DNA from: an uncultured Eubacteriales bacterium
GTDB taxonomy: Bacteria; Bacillota; Clostridia; Oscillospirales; Oscillospiraceae
NCBI GenBank assembly: GCA_900548795.1
Contig: URLT01000001.1
Coordinates: 1-62,146, forward strand
Reading direction: 5' to 3'
DNA length: 62,146 nucleotides
Shown: positions 47,526-58,540 of the stretch, piece by piece
Layout of the letters: every line of letters begins with the position of its first letter
Numbering within the stretch: position 1 is the stretch's first letter
Translations under genes and position numbers: made by a program
The notes under the pieces: generated by a model
Databases searched by the model: none
What the model saw: only the letters and a program-made list of their open reading frames with translations
Told to the model about the DNA's origin: nothing

Positions 47526-49877
47526 ATGAAGCGCAAAGAGCTGAACAAACGGCCGCCCAAGCCGGTCAAACGGCAGCGCAGCGTCTCGGACACCTCGGTT
47601 CGGCGCTCGATTCTGGCGGCTATGGCGCTGCTGGGTGTGGCGGCGTTTTTGGTGCTGACGGGACGGCTCGTCAGGCTGATGCTGGTCGAGCACGACTATT
47701 ACGAGGCCAAGGCCATCAGCAACCAGACGCGCAGCACCCGCGTGACGGCCTCGCGCGGCGCGGTCTATGACCGGAATATGGAGCTGCTGGCCGCGTCATC
47801 CTCGGTCGAAACGGTGTTCCTTGACCCTCTGCAGCTCAAGCAGGAGCACGTTGACCTTGATTTTCTGGCGGAGAAGCTGGCACCGATCCTGGACGTCAGC
47901 GAGTCGTTTATCAAGGAGCAGGCCGCCGACACCCAAATGCGCTACAAGGTGCTCAAGCGGCGGCAGGGGCTGGAGGTCTGCAATCAGGTTCGCGCATTTT
48001 TGAACGAGAACAACATCAAGGGCGTCCATCTGGAGCAGGACTCCCTGCGCTATTACCCAAACGGAAGCGTCGCCGGTCAGCTTCTGGGCTTCACGAACGC
48101 CGACAACGTTGGCGCGGAGGGGCTGGAGGCATACTACAACAAGACGCTTCAGGGCACGGCGGGCGCCGTGATCACCACGCGCGGCAACAACGAGACCGAG
48201 ATGCTCTATTCCTTTGAAAAATACTACCGCGCCACCGACGGCAGCAGCCTCGAGCTGACGCTCGATCTGACCGTGCAGCGGGCGCTGGAAAAGCGGATGC
48301 AGGACGCGATCGACGCCTACGACGTGCAAAACGGCGCGTTCGGCATCGTGATGAACTGCCAGACCGGCGAGATCGTCGCCATGGCGACGCTGGGGGGCTA
48401 TGATCCGAACCGCTATCTGACCGTCGCGGACGAACAAAGCGCCGCCGAGCTGGAGGCCATGCACGAGGCGGCCGTGCAGCTCCCCGAGGGCAGCGCCGCG
48501 CGCGAGGAGGCGCTCGCGGCCTATCAGGATGCGCTGGCCGAGGCGCGGCTGAGCCAGTGGCGCAACCGGTGCGTCAGCGACGGCTATGAGCCCGGCTCGA
48601 CCTTCAAGATCATCACGCTGGCCTCCGCGCTCGACAGCGGCGCGGTCACGCTCGACGATCACTTTTACTGCGCCGGACACGAGAAATTCGAGGGGCGCTC
48701 TCAGGTGCTCAACTGCTGGCGCGCCGCCGGACACGGCTCGGAGACGACCGCCGAGGCGCTGCAAAATTCCTGTAATCTGGCTTTTGCGAAAATTGGCTTG
48801 AAAATGGGCGGGGAAACGTTTTATAATTACTGCGACGCCTTCGGGCTGATGGAGACGACCGGCGTCGATCTTCCGGGCGAGGCATCGGGCGTGTTCCACA
48901 CGCGCGAGCATCTGGCAGACACCGCGCAGTACGGCACGAGCTACCTCATCAGCACCTCCTTCGGCCAGACCGTTAAGGTCACGCCGATGCAGCTCGTGCG
49001 GGCGGTCTCGGCGGTCGTGAACGGCGGCTATCTGCTCAAGCCCTACATCGTCTCGCAGGTGCTCGACGCCGATGGGAACGTGATAAGCCGCAACGAGCGC
49101 ACCGTCGTGCGTCAGGTCATCTCCGAGAGCACGTCGCAAACGATGTGCGGGCTGCTGGAATCCGTCGTGACCGACGGAACGGCCTCCAATGGCCGGGTCG
49201 CGGGCTACCGCGTCGGCGGCAAGACCGGAACGGCCGAGAAGATCGACGTCCGCGACGAAAACGGACAGGGCACGCGCGACAAGATCGTCTCCTTTGTCGG
49301 CATCGCGCCGATCGACGAGCCGCAGTACGTTGTGCTGATCGCGCTTGACACGCCGGGGAACTCCGGACAGGTGATCTCCGGCGGCGTGATGGCCGCGCCG
49401 ACCGTCGCGGCGGTGCTTGAGGACATTTTGCCCTATCTCGGCGTGGAGCCGGTTTATGACGGAGACGAGCTGGCGCGCGTGAACGTGGCCATGCCCGACG
49501 TGCGCGGGAAAACGCCGTCCGAGGCGCGGCAGCTTCTGAGGGACGCCGGGCTGGAATGCCGCGTGATCGGCGACGGTGCGGCCGTCGTGAGCCAAAGCCC
49601 CGCGCCGGGCAAGGAGGTTCCGGGCGGCTCGACCGTCCTGCTCTATACGGACGACTCCATGCCGACGGGCGAGGTCACCGTGCCCGAGCTGCGCGGCATG
49701 ACGATCGAGCAGGCGACGCAGTGCCTGAACGAGCTGGGGCTGTACCTGCAGATCCGGGGCAGCGACCGGAAGGTGGGCAATGTGACGGCCACCTCACAGG
49801 AGCTGGAGCCGGGCACGCGGGTGCCGCGCGGCACGACCGTTACCGTTGTGTTCACTGACACAGAAAATGTAGATTAG
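47526..49877 (+). CDS. Class B penicillin-binding protein (FtsI/SpoVD-like) with two PASTA domains
   Basis: RGAVYDRN, RYYP, EPGSTFK, SCN, GKTGT; C-terminal MPDVRG and VPELRG repeats. Confidence 0.93.
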   Translation: MKRKELNKRPPKPVKRQRSVSDTSVRRSILAAMALLGVAAFLVLTGRLVRLMLVEHDYYEAKAISNQTRSTRVTASRGAVYDRNMELLAASSSVETVFLDPLQLKQEHVDLDFLAEKLAPILDVSESFIKEQAADTQMRYKVLKRRQGLEVCNQVRAFLNENNIKGVHLEQDSLRYYPNGSVAGQLLGFTNADNVGAEGLEAYYNKTLQGTAGAVITTRGNNETEMLYSFEKYYRATDGSSLELTLDLTVQRALEKRMQDAIDAYDVQNGAFGIVMNCQTGEIVAMATLGGYDPNRYLTVADEQSAAELEAMHEAAVQLPEGSAAREEALAAYQDALAEARLSQWRNRCVSDGYEPGSTFKIITLASALDSGAVTLDDHFYCAGHEKFEGRSQVLNCWRAAGHGSETTAEALQNSCNLAFAKIGLKMGGETFYNYCDAFGLMETTGVDLPGEASGVFHTREHLADTAQYGTSYLISTSFGQTVKVTPMQLVRAVSAVVNGGYLLKPYIVSQVLDADGNVISRNERTVVRQVISESTSQTMCGLLESVVTDGTASNGRVAGYRVGGKTGTAEKIDVRDENGQGTRDKIVSFVGIAPIDEPQYVVLIALDTPGNSGQVISGGVMAAPTVAAVLEDILPYLGVEPVYDGDELARVNVAMPDVRGKTPSEARQLLRDAGLECRVIGDGAAVVSQSPAPGKEVPGGSTVLLYTDDSMPTGEVTVPELRGMTIEQATQCLNELGLYLQIRGSDRKVGNVTATSQELEPGTRVPRGTTVTVVFTDTENVD

Positions 49878-49889
49878 GAGACAAAAGCT

Positions 49890-51338
49890 ATGCTGCTGAG
49901 AGAATTGCTTGCGGGCGTGGATGTGGTTGCGATCCATGCGCCGCTGGATATGGAAATTCCCGCCGTCTGTCATTCCTCGCGGGATGTGACGCCCGGCGCG
50001 ATGTTCGTCGCGATCGCGGGCTATGAGACCGACGGCCACCGCTATATTCCCGATGCGGTCGAGGCCGGGGCGGGTGTCGTCGTCTGCGAATGGAAGCAGC
50101 CGAAGGACGCGCCGTGGATCCAGGTGCGCGACAGCCGCCGCGCCTTGGCGCGCCTCGGCGCGAACTGGTACGGCCGCCCGGCTGAGAGTATGAAGATCGT
50201 CGGTGTGACCGGCACGAACGGGAAAACCTCGATCACCTATCTGCTCAAGTCCGTTTTGGAGCGGGCGGTGCAGGCTAAGGTCGGGCTGATCGGCACGATC
50301 TGCAACATGGTCGGAGACGAGCGCCTCGAGACCGAGCGCACGACGCCCGAAAGCTTTGAGCTGCAGGGGCTGCTGGCGCGGATGCGTGACGCGGGCTGCA
50401 CCCACGTCGTGATGGAGTGCTCGTCGCACGCGCTGTTCCTGCACCGCGTCGATGAGATCCCGTTTGCCGTCGGCGCCTTCACGAATCTGACAGAGGATCA
50501 CCTCGATTTTCATAAGACCATGGAGGAATACGGCAAGGCCAAGGCCGCGCTGTTCCGTCTCTGCTCGGAGGGCGTGTTCAATCTGGACGATCCGAGCGCG
50601 AAAACGATGATGGCCTCGGCGACCTGCCGCTGCTTCACCGTCGGCTGCTGCGAGCAGGCCGAGCTGCGCGCGGAGAACATCCGTCTGGCGGCCGACCACG
50701 TTGAGCTGGACGCGGTCGAGGGAGCGCATCGGGCGCATCTGCGCGTGGGCATTCCCGGCCGCTTCACCGTCAGCAACAGCCTTGTGACGCTGGGCATCGC
50801 CCGCAAGCTGGGCATCGGACTGGACGAGGCCGTGCGCGCGCTTGCTCAGGCCAAGGGCGTCAAGGGACGCATCGAGGTCGTGCCCGCGCCGGGGAAGGAC
50901 TACACCGTTCTGATCGACTATGCTCACACGCCGGACGGTTTGGAAAATCTGCTCCGCTCGGTGCGGGATTTCTGCAAGGGACGCATCGTGCTGGTGTTCG
51001 GCTGCGGCGGCGACCGTGACCGCGAAAAACGGCCGAAAATGGGCGCCATTGCGGTCAAATATGCCGATTTTGTGATCGTTACCTCGGATAATCCGCGCAC
51101 GGAGGAACCAAACGAGATCATTCGCGAGATCCTCGCCGGGACGGAAAACACCGAAACACCCGTTTTGGTGGAGGAAAACCGCCGCAAAGCGATCCGCTTG
51201 GCCTTGCAACATGGGCAAAAAGATGATATGATAATACTCGCCGGAAAGGGACACGAGACCTATCAGATTTTGGGCACGGAGAAAACCCATCTGGACGAAC
51301 GCGAGGAGGTTGCCGCGGCACTATGCGAAACGGAATGA
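49890..51338 (+). CDS. murE: UDP-MurNAc-tripeptide synthetase (meso-DAP-adding)
   Basis: GVTGTNGKTS, DHLDFH, DYAHTPD, SDNPR, GKGHE. Confidence 0.96.
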   Translation: MLLRELLAGVDVVAIHAPLDMEIPAVCHSSRDVTPGAMFVAIAGYETDGHRYIPDAVEAGAGVVVCEWKQPKDAPWIQVRDSRRALARLGANWYGRPAESMKIVGVTGTNGKTSITYLLKSVLERAVQAKVGLIGTICNMVGDERLETERTTPESFELQGLLARMRDAGCTHVVMECSSHALFLHRVDEIPFAVGAFTNLTEDHLDFHKTMEEYGKAKAALFRLCSEGVFNLDDPSAKTMMASATCRCFTVGCCEQAELRAENIRLAADHVELDAVEGAHRAHLRVGIPGRFTVSNSLVTLGIARKLGIGLDEAVRALAQAKGVKGRIEVVPAPGKDYTVLIDYAHTPDGLENLLRSVRDFCKGRIVLVFGCGGDRDREKRPKMGAIAVKYADFVIVTSDNPRTEEPNEIIREILAGTENTETPVLVEENRRKAIRLALQHGQKDDMIILAGKGHETYQILGTEKTHLDEREEVAAALCETE

Positions 51339-52654
51339 TCTGCCTTGCGCAGGCGGCGCAGTGGTGCGGCGGGCGCGTTGAGGCGCGGTATGCCGATGTG
51401 CGCTTCGCCGGCGCGCAGTTTGACAGCCGTCTGCTGCGGCAGGGCGAGCTGTTTGTCGCGCTGAGCGGTCAGCGCGACGGGCATGACTTTGTCCCGGCGG
51501 CGATGGCTGCGGGCGCTGCGGCGGTGCTGGCGTCAAAGCCGCTTGCGCCGGAGATCCCGGCAATCTATGTCGAGGATACGCGCGCGGCATTGCAGGCCAT
51601 TGCGCGCGAATACCGCAAAACGCTCTCCTGCACGGTGATCGGCATCACCGGAAGCGTCGGCAAGACCACGACCAAGGAAATGGTCGCCGCCGTGCTCGAA
51701 ACGGCGCTGCGCACGGTCAAGACCGACCAAAACTATAACAACGATCTCGGCGTTCCGGTCATGCTGCTGCGGCTGACGCCTCAGACGCAGGCGGCCGTGC
51801 TCGAGATGGGCATGAACCACTTCGGCGAGCTTTCGCTCCTGACGTCTCTGGTGCGCCCGGAGCTTGCCGTTATCACGAACGTCGGCACGATGCACATCGA
51901 GAACCTCGGCTCGCGCGAGGGCATCCTCAAGGCCAAGCTTGAAATTTTGGAGGGCTTGCAGCCCGGCGGAACATGCTATTTCTGCGGCGACAACGACCTG
52001 CTGCGCCGCGAGGCCGGGGCGCATCACGCCGTGACCTTCGGCGTGGGGGAGGGAAACGACGTCCGCGCCGTCGACGTCCGGCAGAGCGAGGACGGCATCC
52101 GCTTCACGGCCGTGGCCGGGGCGCACCGCATCCCAATCGCGCTGCCGCTGACCGGCCTGCACCATGTTCCCGACGCGCTGGCCGCCGTGGCCGTCGGCCT
52201 GAAATGCGGCGTGCCTGAGGCGCGCATCGCAGAGGCGCTGGCCTCGTTTCAAAACACCGGCCACCGGCAGCGCATCCTGCGCTATGGCAGCGTGACGGTC
52301 ATCGACGACTGCTACAATGCCGGGCCGGAATCCATGCGCGCGTCGCTGGACGTTCTGGCGCAGGCCAAGGGCAGAAGGATCGCCGTTTTGGGCGACATGC
52401 TCGAGCTGGGCGACTTTGCGCCGCAGGCGCATTTTGAGGTCGGCCGGTATGCGGCCGAGCGCTGCGACCTGATCTTTGTCTGCGGCGCGAACCGCGCGGA
52501 TTATCTGCGCGGGGCGGGGGAAAAGGCGCGCGCCTTCCAGACGCATGAGGCGCTGGCCGAGGCGCTGAAGCCGCTGCTGCGCGACGGCGACACGCTGCTG
52601 CTCAAGGGCAGCCGCGGGATGAAAATGGAGCGCCTGCTGCCGCTTCTCTTTTGA
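51323..52654 (+). CDS. murF: UDP-MurNAc-tripeptide--D-Ala-D-Ala ligase
   Basis: GITGSVGKTTTK, LEMGM, DDCYNA, LGDMLELG, KGSRG; start may be 51335. Confidence 0.95.
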   Translation: MRNGMICLAQAAQWCGGRVEARYADVRFAGAQFDSRLLRQGELFVALSGQRDGHDFVPAAMAAGAAAVLASKPLAPEIPAIYVEDTRAALQAIAREYRKTLSCTVIGITGSVGKTTTKEMVAAVLETALRTVKTDQNYNNDLGVPVMLLRLTPQTQAAVLEMGMNHFGELSLLTSLVRPELAVITNVGTMHIENLGSREGILKAKLEILEGLQPGGTCYFCGDNDLLRREAGAHHAVTFGVGEGNDVRAVDVRQSEDGIRFTAVAGAHRIPIALPLTGLHHVPDALAAVAVGLKCGVPEARIAEALASFQNTGHRQRILRYGSVTVIDDCYNAGPESMRASLDVLAQAKGRRIAVLGDMLELGDFAPQAHFEVGRYAAERCDLIFVCGANRADYLRGAGEKARAFQTHEALAEALKPLLRDGDTLLLKGSRGMKMERLLPLLF

Positions 52655-52672
52655 CGAAAGGAATGCAAACGA

Positions 52673-53668
52673 ATGGACACACCTGTATTGATGACGATGC
52701 TTTCGATCGTGGTCGGCTTTGCCGCCGCGTTTTTGATGGGAAAATGGCTGATCCCGCGTCTGCGCGCGCTCAAGGCCGGGCAGGAGATCCGCGAGGTCGG
52801 CCCGAAGTGGCACAACAGCAAGGCCGGAACGCCCACGATGGGCGGCCTGTGCTTTATTTTCGCGAGCGCGTTCTGCGCCGTGACCGGTTGGTACGGCTAC
52901 CGCACCGGCGACTATACCCACCTTCTGGTGCTGGCGCTGGCCGTTATGTTCGGCGCGATCGGCTTTTACGACGATTTCATCAAGGTCAAGAAGCACCGCA
53001 ATCTCGGCCTGACGGGGCTTCAGAAGCTTCTGCTGCAAATGGTCGCCGCTGTGATCTTCCTGCTTGCGCTTCATTTCACGGGTGAGCTGAAATACGACCT
53101 TTATATCCCGTTCGTGAAGGAGCCGGTCGCAAGGATCCCGACCGTGCTCTATCTTGCCGTTGCGGTGTTTGCCATCATCGGCTGCGTCAATGCGGTCAAC
53201 CTGACCGACGGCATCGACGGTCTGGCAAGCGGCGTGACGCTCCCGGTCATGATCTTCTTCACCGTGACCGCGCTTGCGAAGGAAAAATTCGGCCTTGCCG
53301 CCTTCCCGGCGACGCTGGCCGGCGGCCTGATCGGCTTCCTGTTCTATAATTTTTACCCGGCGCAGACCTTCATGGGCGACACCGGCTCGTTGTTCTTGGG
53401 CGGCGCGGTGGTCGGCATGGCCTTTGCGCTGGATATGCCGCTGGTGCTACTGCTGGTCGGCCTGATCTACATCATCGAGACGCTCTCCGACATTTTGCAG
53501 GTCGGCTATTTCAAGCTGACGCACGGCAAGCGCATCTTCAAAATGGCGCCCATTCACCATCATTTTGAAATGTGCGGCTGGTCGGAGAAAAAGATATGGA
53601 CGGTTTTTGTGCTGACGACGGTCGTAATGTGCGTCGTCGCATGGTTCGGCGTGCGCATCTGGTTCTGA
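52673..53668 (+). CDS. mraY: Phospho-MurNAc-pentapeptide transferase
   Basis: KAGTPTMGG, NAVNLTDGIDGL, FMGDTGS, MAPIHHHFE. Confidence 0.97.
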   Translation: MDTPVLMTMLSIVVGFAAAFLMGKWLIPRLRALKAGQEIREVGPKWHNSKAGTPTMGGLCFIFASAFCAVTGWYGYRTGDYTHLLVLALAVMFGAIGFYDDFIKVKKHRNLGLTGLQKLLLQMVAAVIFLLALHFTGELKYDLYIPFVKEPVARIPTVLYLAVAVFAIIGCVNAVNLTDGIDGLASGVTLPVMIFFTVTALAKEKFGLAAFPATLAGGLIGFLFYNFYPAQTFMGDTGSLFLGGAVVGMAFALDMPLVLLLVGLIYIIETLSDILQVGYFKLTHGKRIFKMAPIHHHFEMCGWSEKKIWTVFVLTTVVMCVVAWFGVRIWF

Positions 53669-53691
53669 GATCCGACAGGAGGTGAGGGTGC

Positions 53692-54819
53692 ATGACACAG
53701 CGGCGTCGCTTGCAGACGCAGAAGGGAAAAGCCCGCAATTCGGGAATGCTCGACGTGCCCTATCTGATCCTGACGCTGCTGCTGGTCGCGGTCGGCCTCA
53801 TCATGCTCTTTTCCGCGAGCTATGCCCGCGCCTATTATCTCACCGGCAATTCTGCGCGGTATTTCACGAGCCAGCTCGTCTTTGCCGTGCTCGGCACGGT
53901 CGTGATGCTGCTTGTCAGCCGTGTGCCGTACCGCCTGTATGAGACCTGCAACCGGCTGATCCTCGCCGCTGCCGCGGCGCTGCTCGTGCTGGTGCTCGTG
54001 CTCGGCACGAATTCGAACGGCGCCACGCGCTGGATCAATCTCGGCTTCACGAGTCTGCAGCCGTCCGAGCTTGCCAAGTTTTCCCTTGCGGTCTATCTTG
54101 CAACGGTGCTTGATAAATATCAGGCAAACGCCCGCTCGGTGCCGGTATTCCTGATCGCGCTGCTCCCGCTGGCGGTGTTTTCCGTTCTGCTGAAGCTCGA
54201 GCCGCATTTTTCTGCGATCATCATTCTCTGCCTGCTCACGGGCGTGATGCTCTTTGTCGGCGGGGCAAACCGAACATGCCTGATCGTTGTGGCCGTGCTG
54301 GCTGCGGCGGTCCTGGCGGCGCTGCTGCTGAGCGGCGGCTACACCGGCGACCGCATCATGGCGTGGCGCGACCCGGAGCGCTATGCTTCCGACGAGGGCT
54401 ACCAGATCGTGCAGTCGGAATACGCGATCGGCTCGGGCGGCCTGCTGGGGCTGGGCTTCGGAAAGGGCAGACAAAAGTATCTCTATCTGCCCGAGGAGCA
54501 CAACGACTATATCTTCGCGGTGGTCTGCGAGGAGCTGGGCTTCATCGGTGCTGTGGCTATTTTGCTGCTGTTTTCGCTGCTCATCATCCGGGGCTTCTGG
54601 ATCGCCATCCACGCACGGGATCGGTTTTCCATGCTGCTCGGCGTCGGGCTGACTGCGCTTCTGGCCATACAGGTCATTTTGAACGTCGCGGTCGTGACAA
54701 ATCTGCTGCCCTCGACCGGCATCTCTCTGCCGTTCTTCTCTTCCGGCGGCACGGCGCTCATCATGCAGCTTGCCGAATGCGGGATCGTGCTGAATATTTC
54801 CCGCAGCATCGGCGATTAG
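53692..54819 (+). CDS. ftsW: SEDS peptidoglycan polymerase (FtsW/SpoVE)
   Basis: GATRWI, QPSELAK, YLPEEHNDYIF, LPFFSSGG. Confidence 0.92.
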   Translation: MTQRRRLQTQKGKARNSGMLDVPYLILTLLLVAVGLIMLFSASYARAYYLTGNSARYFTSQLVFAVLGTVVMLLVSRVPYRLYETCNRLILAAAAALLVLVLVLGTNSNGATRWINLGFTSLQPSELAKFSLAVYLATVLDKYQANARSVPVFLIALLPLAVFSVLLKLEPHFSAIIILCLLTGVMLFVGGANRTCLIVVAVLAAAVLAALLLSGGYTGDRIMAWRDPERYASDEGYQIVQSEYAIGSGGLLGLGFGKGRQKYLYLPEEHNDYIFAVVCEELGFIGAVAILLLFSLLIIRGFWIAIHARDRFSMLLGVGLTALLAIQVILNVAVVTNLLPSTGISLPFFSSGGTALIMQLAECGIVLNISRSIGD

Positions 54820-54828
54820 GGGGTTATT

Positions 54829-55956
54829 ATGAACGTCATTTTTACCTGCGGCGGCACGGGCGGCCACATCAACCCGGCGCTTGCCGTTGCCAAGCTCCTG
54901 CGCGAGCGCCAGCCCGGCAGCAGGATCCTCTTTGTCGGCGCGGACGACGGAATGGAAACAACGCTTGTTCCGCGCGAGGGCTTTCCGATCGAAACGCTGA
55001 CGATCTCCAACTTTTTGCGCAGTGTTCATCCGAAGGATGTGATGCACAACGTCCGTGCCGTCGGCACGATCCGTCGTGCGTTTCGTCGTGCGGATGAAAT
55101 TCTCGACAGCTTCCGGCCGGACGTCGTGCTCGGCACCGGCGGCTATGCCAGCTACCCGATCCTGCATCAGGCGGCGCACCGCCGCATCCCGACTGCGCTG
55201 CACGAAGCAAACGCCGTGCCCGGCCTTGCTACGCGCATGGTCTGCGACAAGGTCGACCGCATCCTCGTCAGCTTTGCCGAGAGCCGCGACCGGTATAAGC
55301 ACGCAGACCGCGTGATCCCCGTCGGGATGCCCGTGCAGGAGGAATTTGTGTTCACCGAACGCGCCAAGGCGAGAAAAGAGCTGGGACTCGGCGACGAGCC
55401 GCTGATCGTCTCGGCGTGGGGCAGCCTCGGCGCGCGCGAAATGAACAAAAAAATCGCCGAATTTATGCGGCTGGAGCAGAACGAGACGTGGCGCCATATC
55501 CACGCGACCGGCTCGTTCGGCTGGCGCTGGATGCCGGAGTACGTCCGCGAGCACGGCGTCGATCTTGCTGCTCATCCGCAGATCACAATGCAGGAATATA
55601 TCTATAACATGCCGACGCTGATGGCAGCGGCGGACGTGGTCATCAGCCGCGCGGGCGCCTCGACGCTCAACGAGCTTGCTGCGGCCGGAGCGCCATGCAT
55701 CATCGTGCCGTCTCCGAATGTGACAAACAATCATCAGGAGCGCAACGCGCAGATCCTTGCGCGGCGCGGTGCGGCGCTCGTGCTGCACGAGCGCGACTGC
55801 GACGGCGCGACGCTGTTTCGGGCGACAAAGGAGCTGCTTGCCGACGGCGCGCGGCGTCAGGCCATGCGCAAGGCCATGCGCGACGTAGCCGTGCTCGACT
55901 CGGCCGACCGCATTTACCGGATCCTTCTGGAGCTGGCTCAGACACGAAAGGCATAA
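54829..55956 (+). CDS. murG: Lipid I N-acetylglucosaminyltransferase
   Basis: GGTGGHINPA, GTGGYAS, HEANAVPG, SRAGAST, HQERNA. Confidence 0.96.
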   Translation: MNVIFTCGGTGGHINPALAVAKLLRERQPGSRILFVGADDGMETTLVPREGFPIETLTISNFLRSVHPKDVMHNVRAVGTIRRAFRRADEILDSFRPDVVLGTGGYASYPILHQAAHRRIPTALHEANAVPGLATRMVCDKVDRILVSFAESRDRYKHADRVIPVGMPVQEEFVFTERAKARKELGLGDEPLIVSAWGSLGAREMNKKIAEFMRLEQNETWRHIHATGSFGWRWMPEYVREHGVDLAAHPQITMQEYIYNMPTLMAAADVVISRAGASTLNELAAAGAPCIIVPSPNVTNNHQERNAQILARRGAALVLHERDCDGATLFRATKELLADGARRQAMRKAMRDVAVLDSADRIYRILLELAQTRKA

Positions 55957-55998
55957 TTCCGGCATAGGATGGGGCAAATTTCCTTTGGAGGTTTGCCT

Positions 55999-57252
55999 AT
56001 GGGCGCATATCTGATTCGCGGCGGAACGCCGCTCTGCGGCGCGGTGGACATCTGCGGCGCAAAAAACAGCGTTCTGCCCATTTTAGCGGCGACGCTTGCG
56101 ACCGGCTCGCAGTGTCTGCTGCATAACTGCCCCGCAATTTCCGACGTGGACGCGGCGATCGACATTCTTCACAGCCTCGGCTGCCGCGCGGAGCGCAGCG
56201 GATGCACGCTCTGCGTGGATACGGCGCCGGCCTGCCGGACGGCGATCTGCCCGCGCGCGATGAAAAGAATGCGCGCCGCTGTGATTTTCCTCGGAGCGCT
56301 CGTCGCGCGCTTCGGCGAGGCGCAAATGGCGCAGCCCGGGGGCTGCGCGCTCGGCGCCCGGCCGATCGACCTGCACCTGCGCGGCCTGCGCCTGCTCGGC
56401 GCCCAATGTCAGGAGCAGGACGCCTCCGTGCGCTGCACCGCCGGACGGCTGATCGGACGCACCTTGGCGCTGCCGCTGCCCAGCGTGGGAGCAACGGAGA
56501 ACCTGCTGCTCGCAGCGTTGGCTGCCGAGGGCGAGACGGTGCTCTGCAACGCGGCAAGAGAGCCGGAAATTTGCGACATGGTTCGTTTCCTGCGCGCCTG
56601 CGGGGCGCAAATATCCGGCGAGGGCACGTCCGTGCTCCGCGTGAGCGGAGGGCGGCCGCTGCATGGTGCGGAGTTCACCGTTATGCCCGACCGCATCGAG
56701 ACGGCGACCTTTCTGTCCATGGCGGCGGCAACGCGCGGAGAGCTGCTCCTGCGCGGCGCCCGCGTGTCGGAGCTTTGCGCCGTTGCAGACGTTTTCGAGC
56801 GTGGCGGATGCATCCTGCGCCGCTCGGAGGGCGCGCTGTGCGTTGCCTGCCCGCGCTGGAGCGCGGTCAGCCCCATTCGAACGGCGCCTTACCCCGGCTT
56901 CCCGACGGACGCGCAGGCGCCCGTAATGGCGGCGCTGGCTACGGCGCGCGGCGACAGCGTGATGGAGGAGACGATCTTTTCCGATCGCCTGCGCCATGTC
57001 CCGGCTCTGCGGCGCATGGGCGCGGATATTTTAACAACAAAACGCTGCGCGGTGATCCGCGGCGTGCCCGAGCTGCATGGCGCGCGGGTCGCTGCGACCG
57101 ACCTGCGAGGCGGCGCGGCCATGGTGACGGCGGCGCTCGCGGCGCAGGGCGAGAGTGTGATCGAGCAGACGGAACACATCGAGCGTGGATACGCCGCCTT
57201 AGTCGAGCGGCTCAGGGCGTGCCGCGCGAGGATCGAATACATAGAAGGGTAG
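55999..57252 (+). CDS. murA: UDP-N-acetylglucosamine 1-carboxyvinyltransferase
   Basis: GAKNSVLPI, PGGCALGARPIDLH, SVGATEN, PDRIE, PYPGFPTD, DLRGGA. Confidence 0.93.
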   Translation: MGAYLIRGGTPLCGAVDICGAKNSVLPILAATLATGSQCLLHNCPAISDVDAAIDILHSLGCRAERSGCTLCVDTAPACRTAICPRAMKRMRAAVIFLGALVARFGEAQMAQPGGCALGARPIDLHLRGLRLLGAQCQEQDASVRCTAGRLIGRTLALPLPSVGATENLLLAALAAEGETVLCNAAREPEICDMVRFLRACGAQISGEGTSVLRVSGGRPLHGAEFTVMPDRIETATFLSMAAATRGELLLRGARVSELCAVADVFERGGCILRRSEGALCVACPRWSAVSPIRTAPYPGFPTDAQAPVMAALATARGDSVMEETIFSDRLRHVPALRRMGADILTTKRCAVIRGVPELHGARVAATDLRGGAAMVTAALAAQGESVIEQTEHIERGYAALVERLRACRARIEYIEG

Positions 57253-57260
57253 TATAGCCG

Positions 57261-58364
57261 ATGGAACACGAAAGCAATAGACCGCGCAGAAGACCGGAGC
57301 AGGAGCGCCGTGCCGCGCGCCCGGCGCAGCAGCCGGCGAAAAAGAAGCGCCGCACCTCTCCGGCTGCGCTTGAGGCGCAGCGTCAGCGCGAGGAGCGCCG
57401 CCGCGCGGCCGAGCATCGGCCGGAGCAGCCGACGCCCGCGCAGGAGCACCCCCGCCAGACGGCGGAGCGTCCGCGCCGCGCGTCCGAGCCGGAGCACCGT
57501 CAGCGTGTGCCGAGCCCGGCGCGCAGCAGCCGCGCCGCGCAGACCGCCCAGCGCCACCGTGAGGAGCGCAAGGAGACCAACTATCTTCAGGGGCAGCGAA
57601 GAAAGCAGCAGCGGCAGGCGAAGCAGCGCACGCGTTTGCGCATCGGCAAGGCGACGTGGAAGCGCATCGCCGTGATGGCCGGCATCGTGCTGGCCGTCGT
57701 GCTGAGCATGGTGATTTTCTTCCGCGTGCACGATATACAGGTCTACGGCAACTCGAAATATTCCGCCGGGCAGGTGGCTGAGGCCTGCGGCGTGGCGCAG
57801 GGGGATAATCTTCTGACCATGTCGCGCGGCGAGGTCGCCGGGAACGTGCTGGCCGCTCTGCCCTATGTCAACACGGTGCAGGTGACGCGCCAGCTTCCGG
57901 ATACGTTGGTCATCACGATCACGGAGTATGAGACGACCTTTGCTATGACGGATGAATCCGGCGTATATTATCTCGTGACCGCCGGCGGCAAGATCGCCGA
58001 AAAGGTCAACGAAAAGGACGCCAAGCAGCACGTCGTGATCCAAGGCGCGATGCTGCAAAGCCCGCAGGTCGGGCAGGCGGCGGTGCTCGGCGGCGGCCTG
58101 ACCGAAACAGTTAAGACCGTGATGGCCGAGCTGGACGCGGCGGAGCTGACCGAGCAGATCACCTCCGTCACGGTCGCGTCGGCCAGCAAGATCACCGCGT
58201 TTTATGAGGATCGCTTTGAGGTGCACCTCGGGAGCAGTGAACGGTTGGCATATAAGCTGGAATTTTTGAAAACAGTCATCGCCCAGCAGAAGGACTATGC
58301 CACCGGCTCGATCGACCTGACTTTGAGCGACGGCGACCAGGCGCACGTCCGCTTGGACAGTTGA
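57261..58364 (+). CDS. ftsQ: FtsQ/DivIB-type POTRA domain protein
   Basis: Long charged cytoplasmic N-terminus, one TM, FRVHDIQVYGN...LPYV...RQLPDTLVITITE. Confidence 0.85.
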   Translation: MEHESNRPRRRPEQERRAARPAQQPAKKKRRTSPAALEAQRQREERRRAAEHRPEQPTPAQEHPRQTAERPRRASEPEHRQRVPSPARSSRAAQTAQRHREERKETNYLQGQRRKQQRQAKQRTRLRIGKATWKRIAVMAGIVLAVVLSMVIFFRVHDIQVYGNSKYSAGQVAEACGVAQGDNLLTMSRGEVAGNVLAALPYVNTVQVTRQLPDTLVITITEYETTFAMTDESGVYYLVTAGGKIAEKVNEKDAKQHVVIQGAMLQSPQVGQAAVLGGGLTETVKTVMAELDAAELTEQITSVTVASASKITAFYEDRFEVHLGSSERLAYKLEFLKTVIAQQKDYATGSIDLTLSDGDQAHVRLDS

Positions 58365-58410
58365 TTTGTGCTTGTTTTGAAATTATTTTTACAAAATTCA
58401 AGAATATCTA

Positions 58411-58439
58411 TTGACCTTATGCTTAAATCAAGGTAAAAT
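58411..58439 (+). promoter_or_regulatory. SigA promoter of ftsZ
   Basis: TTGACC-17 nt-TAAAAT. Confidence 0.6.
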
Positions 58440-58540
58440 AGAACAGTATAAAAAGAAAGAAGCCCGTTTTCTGCAACGGGAGCCTTGCTATCACCAATGC
58501 GAAATTTACGATTCCCATGTACATAGGAGGAGATTTGAAT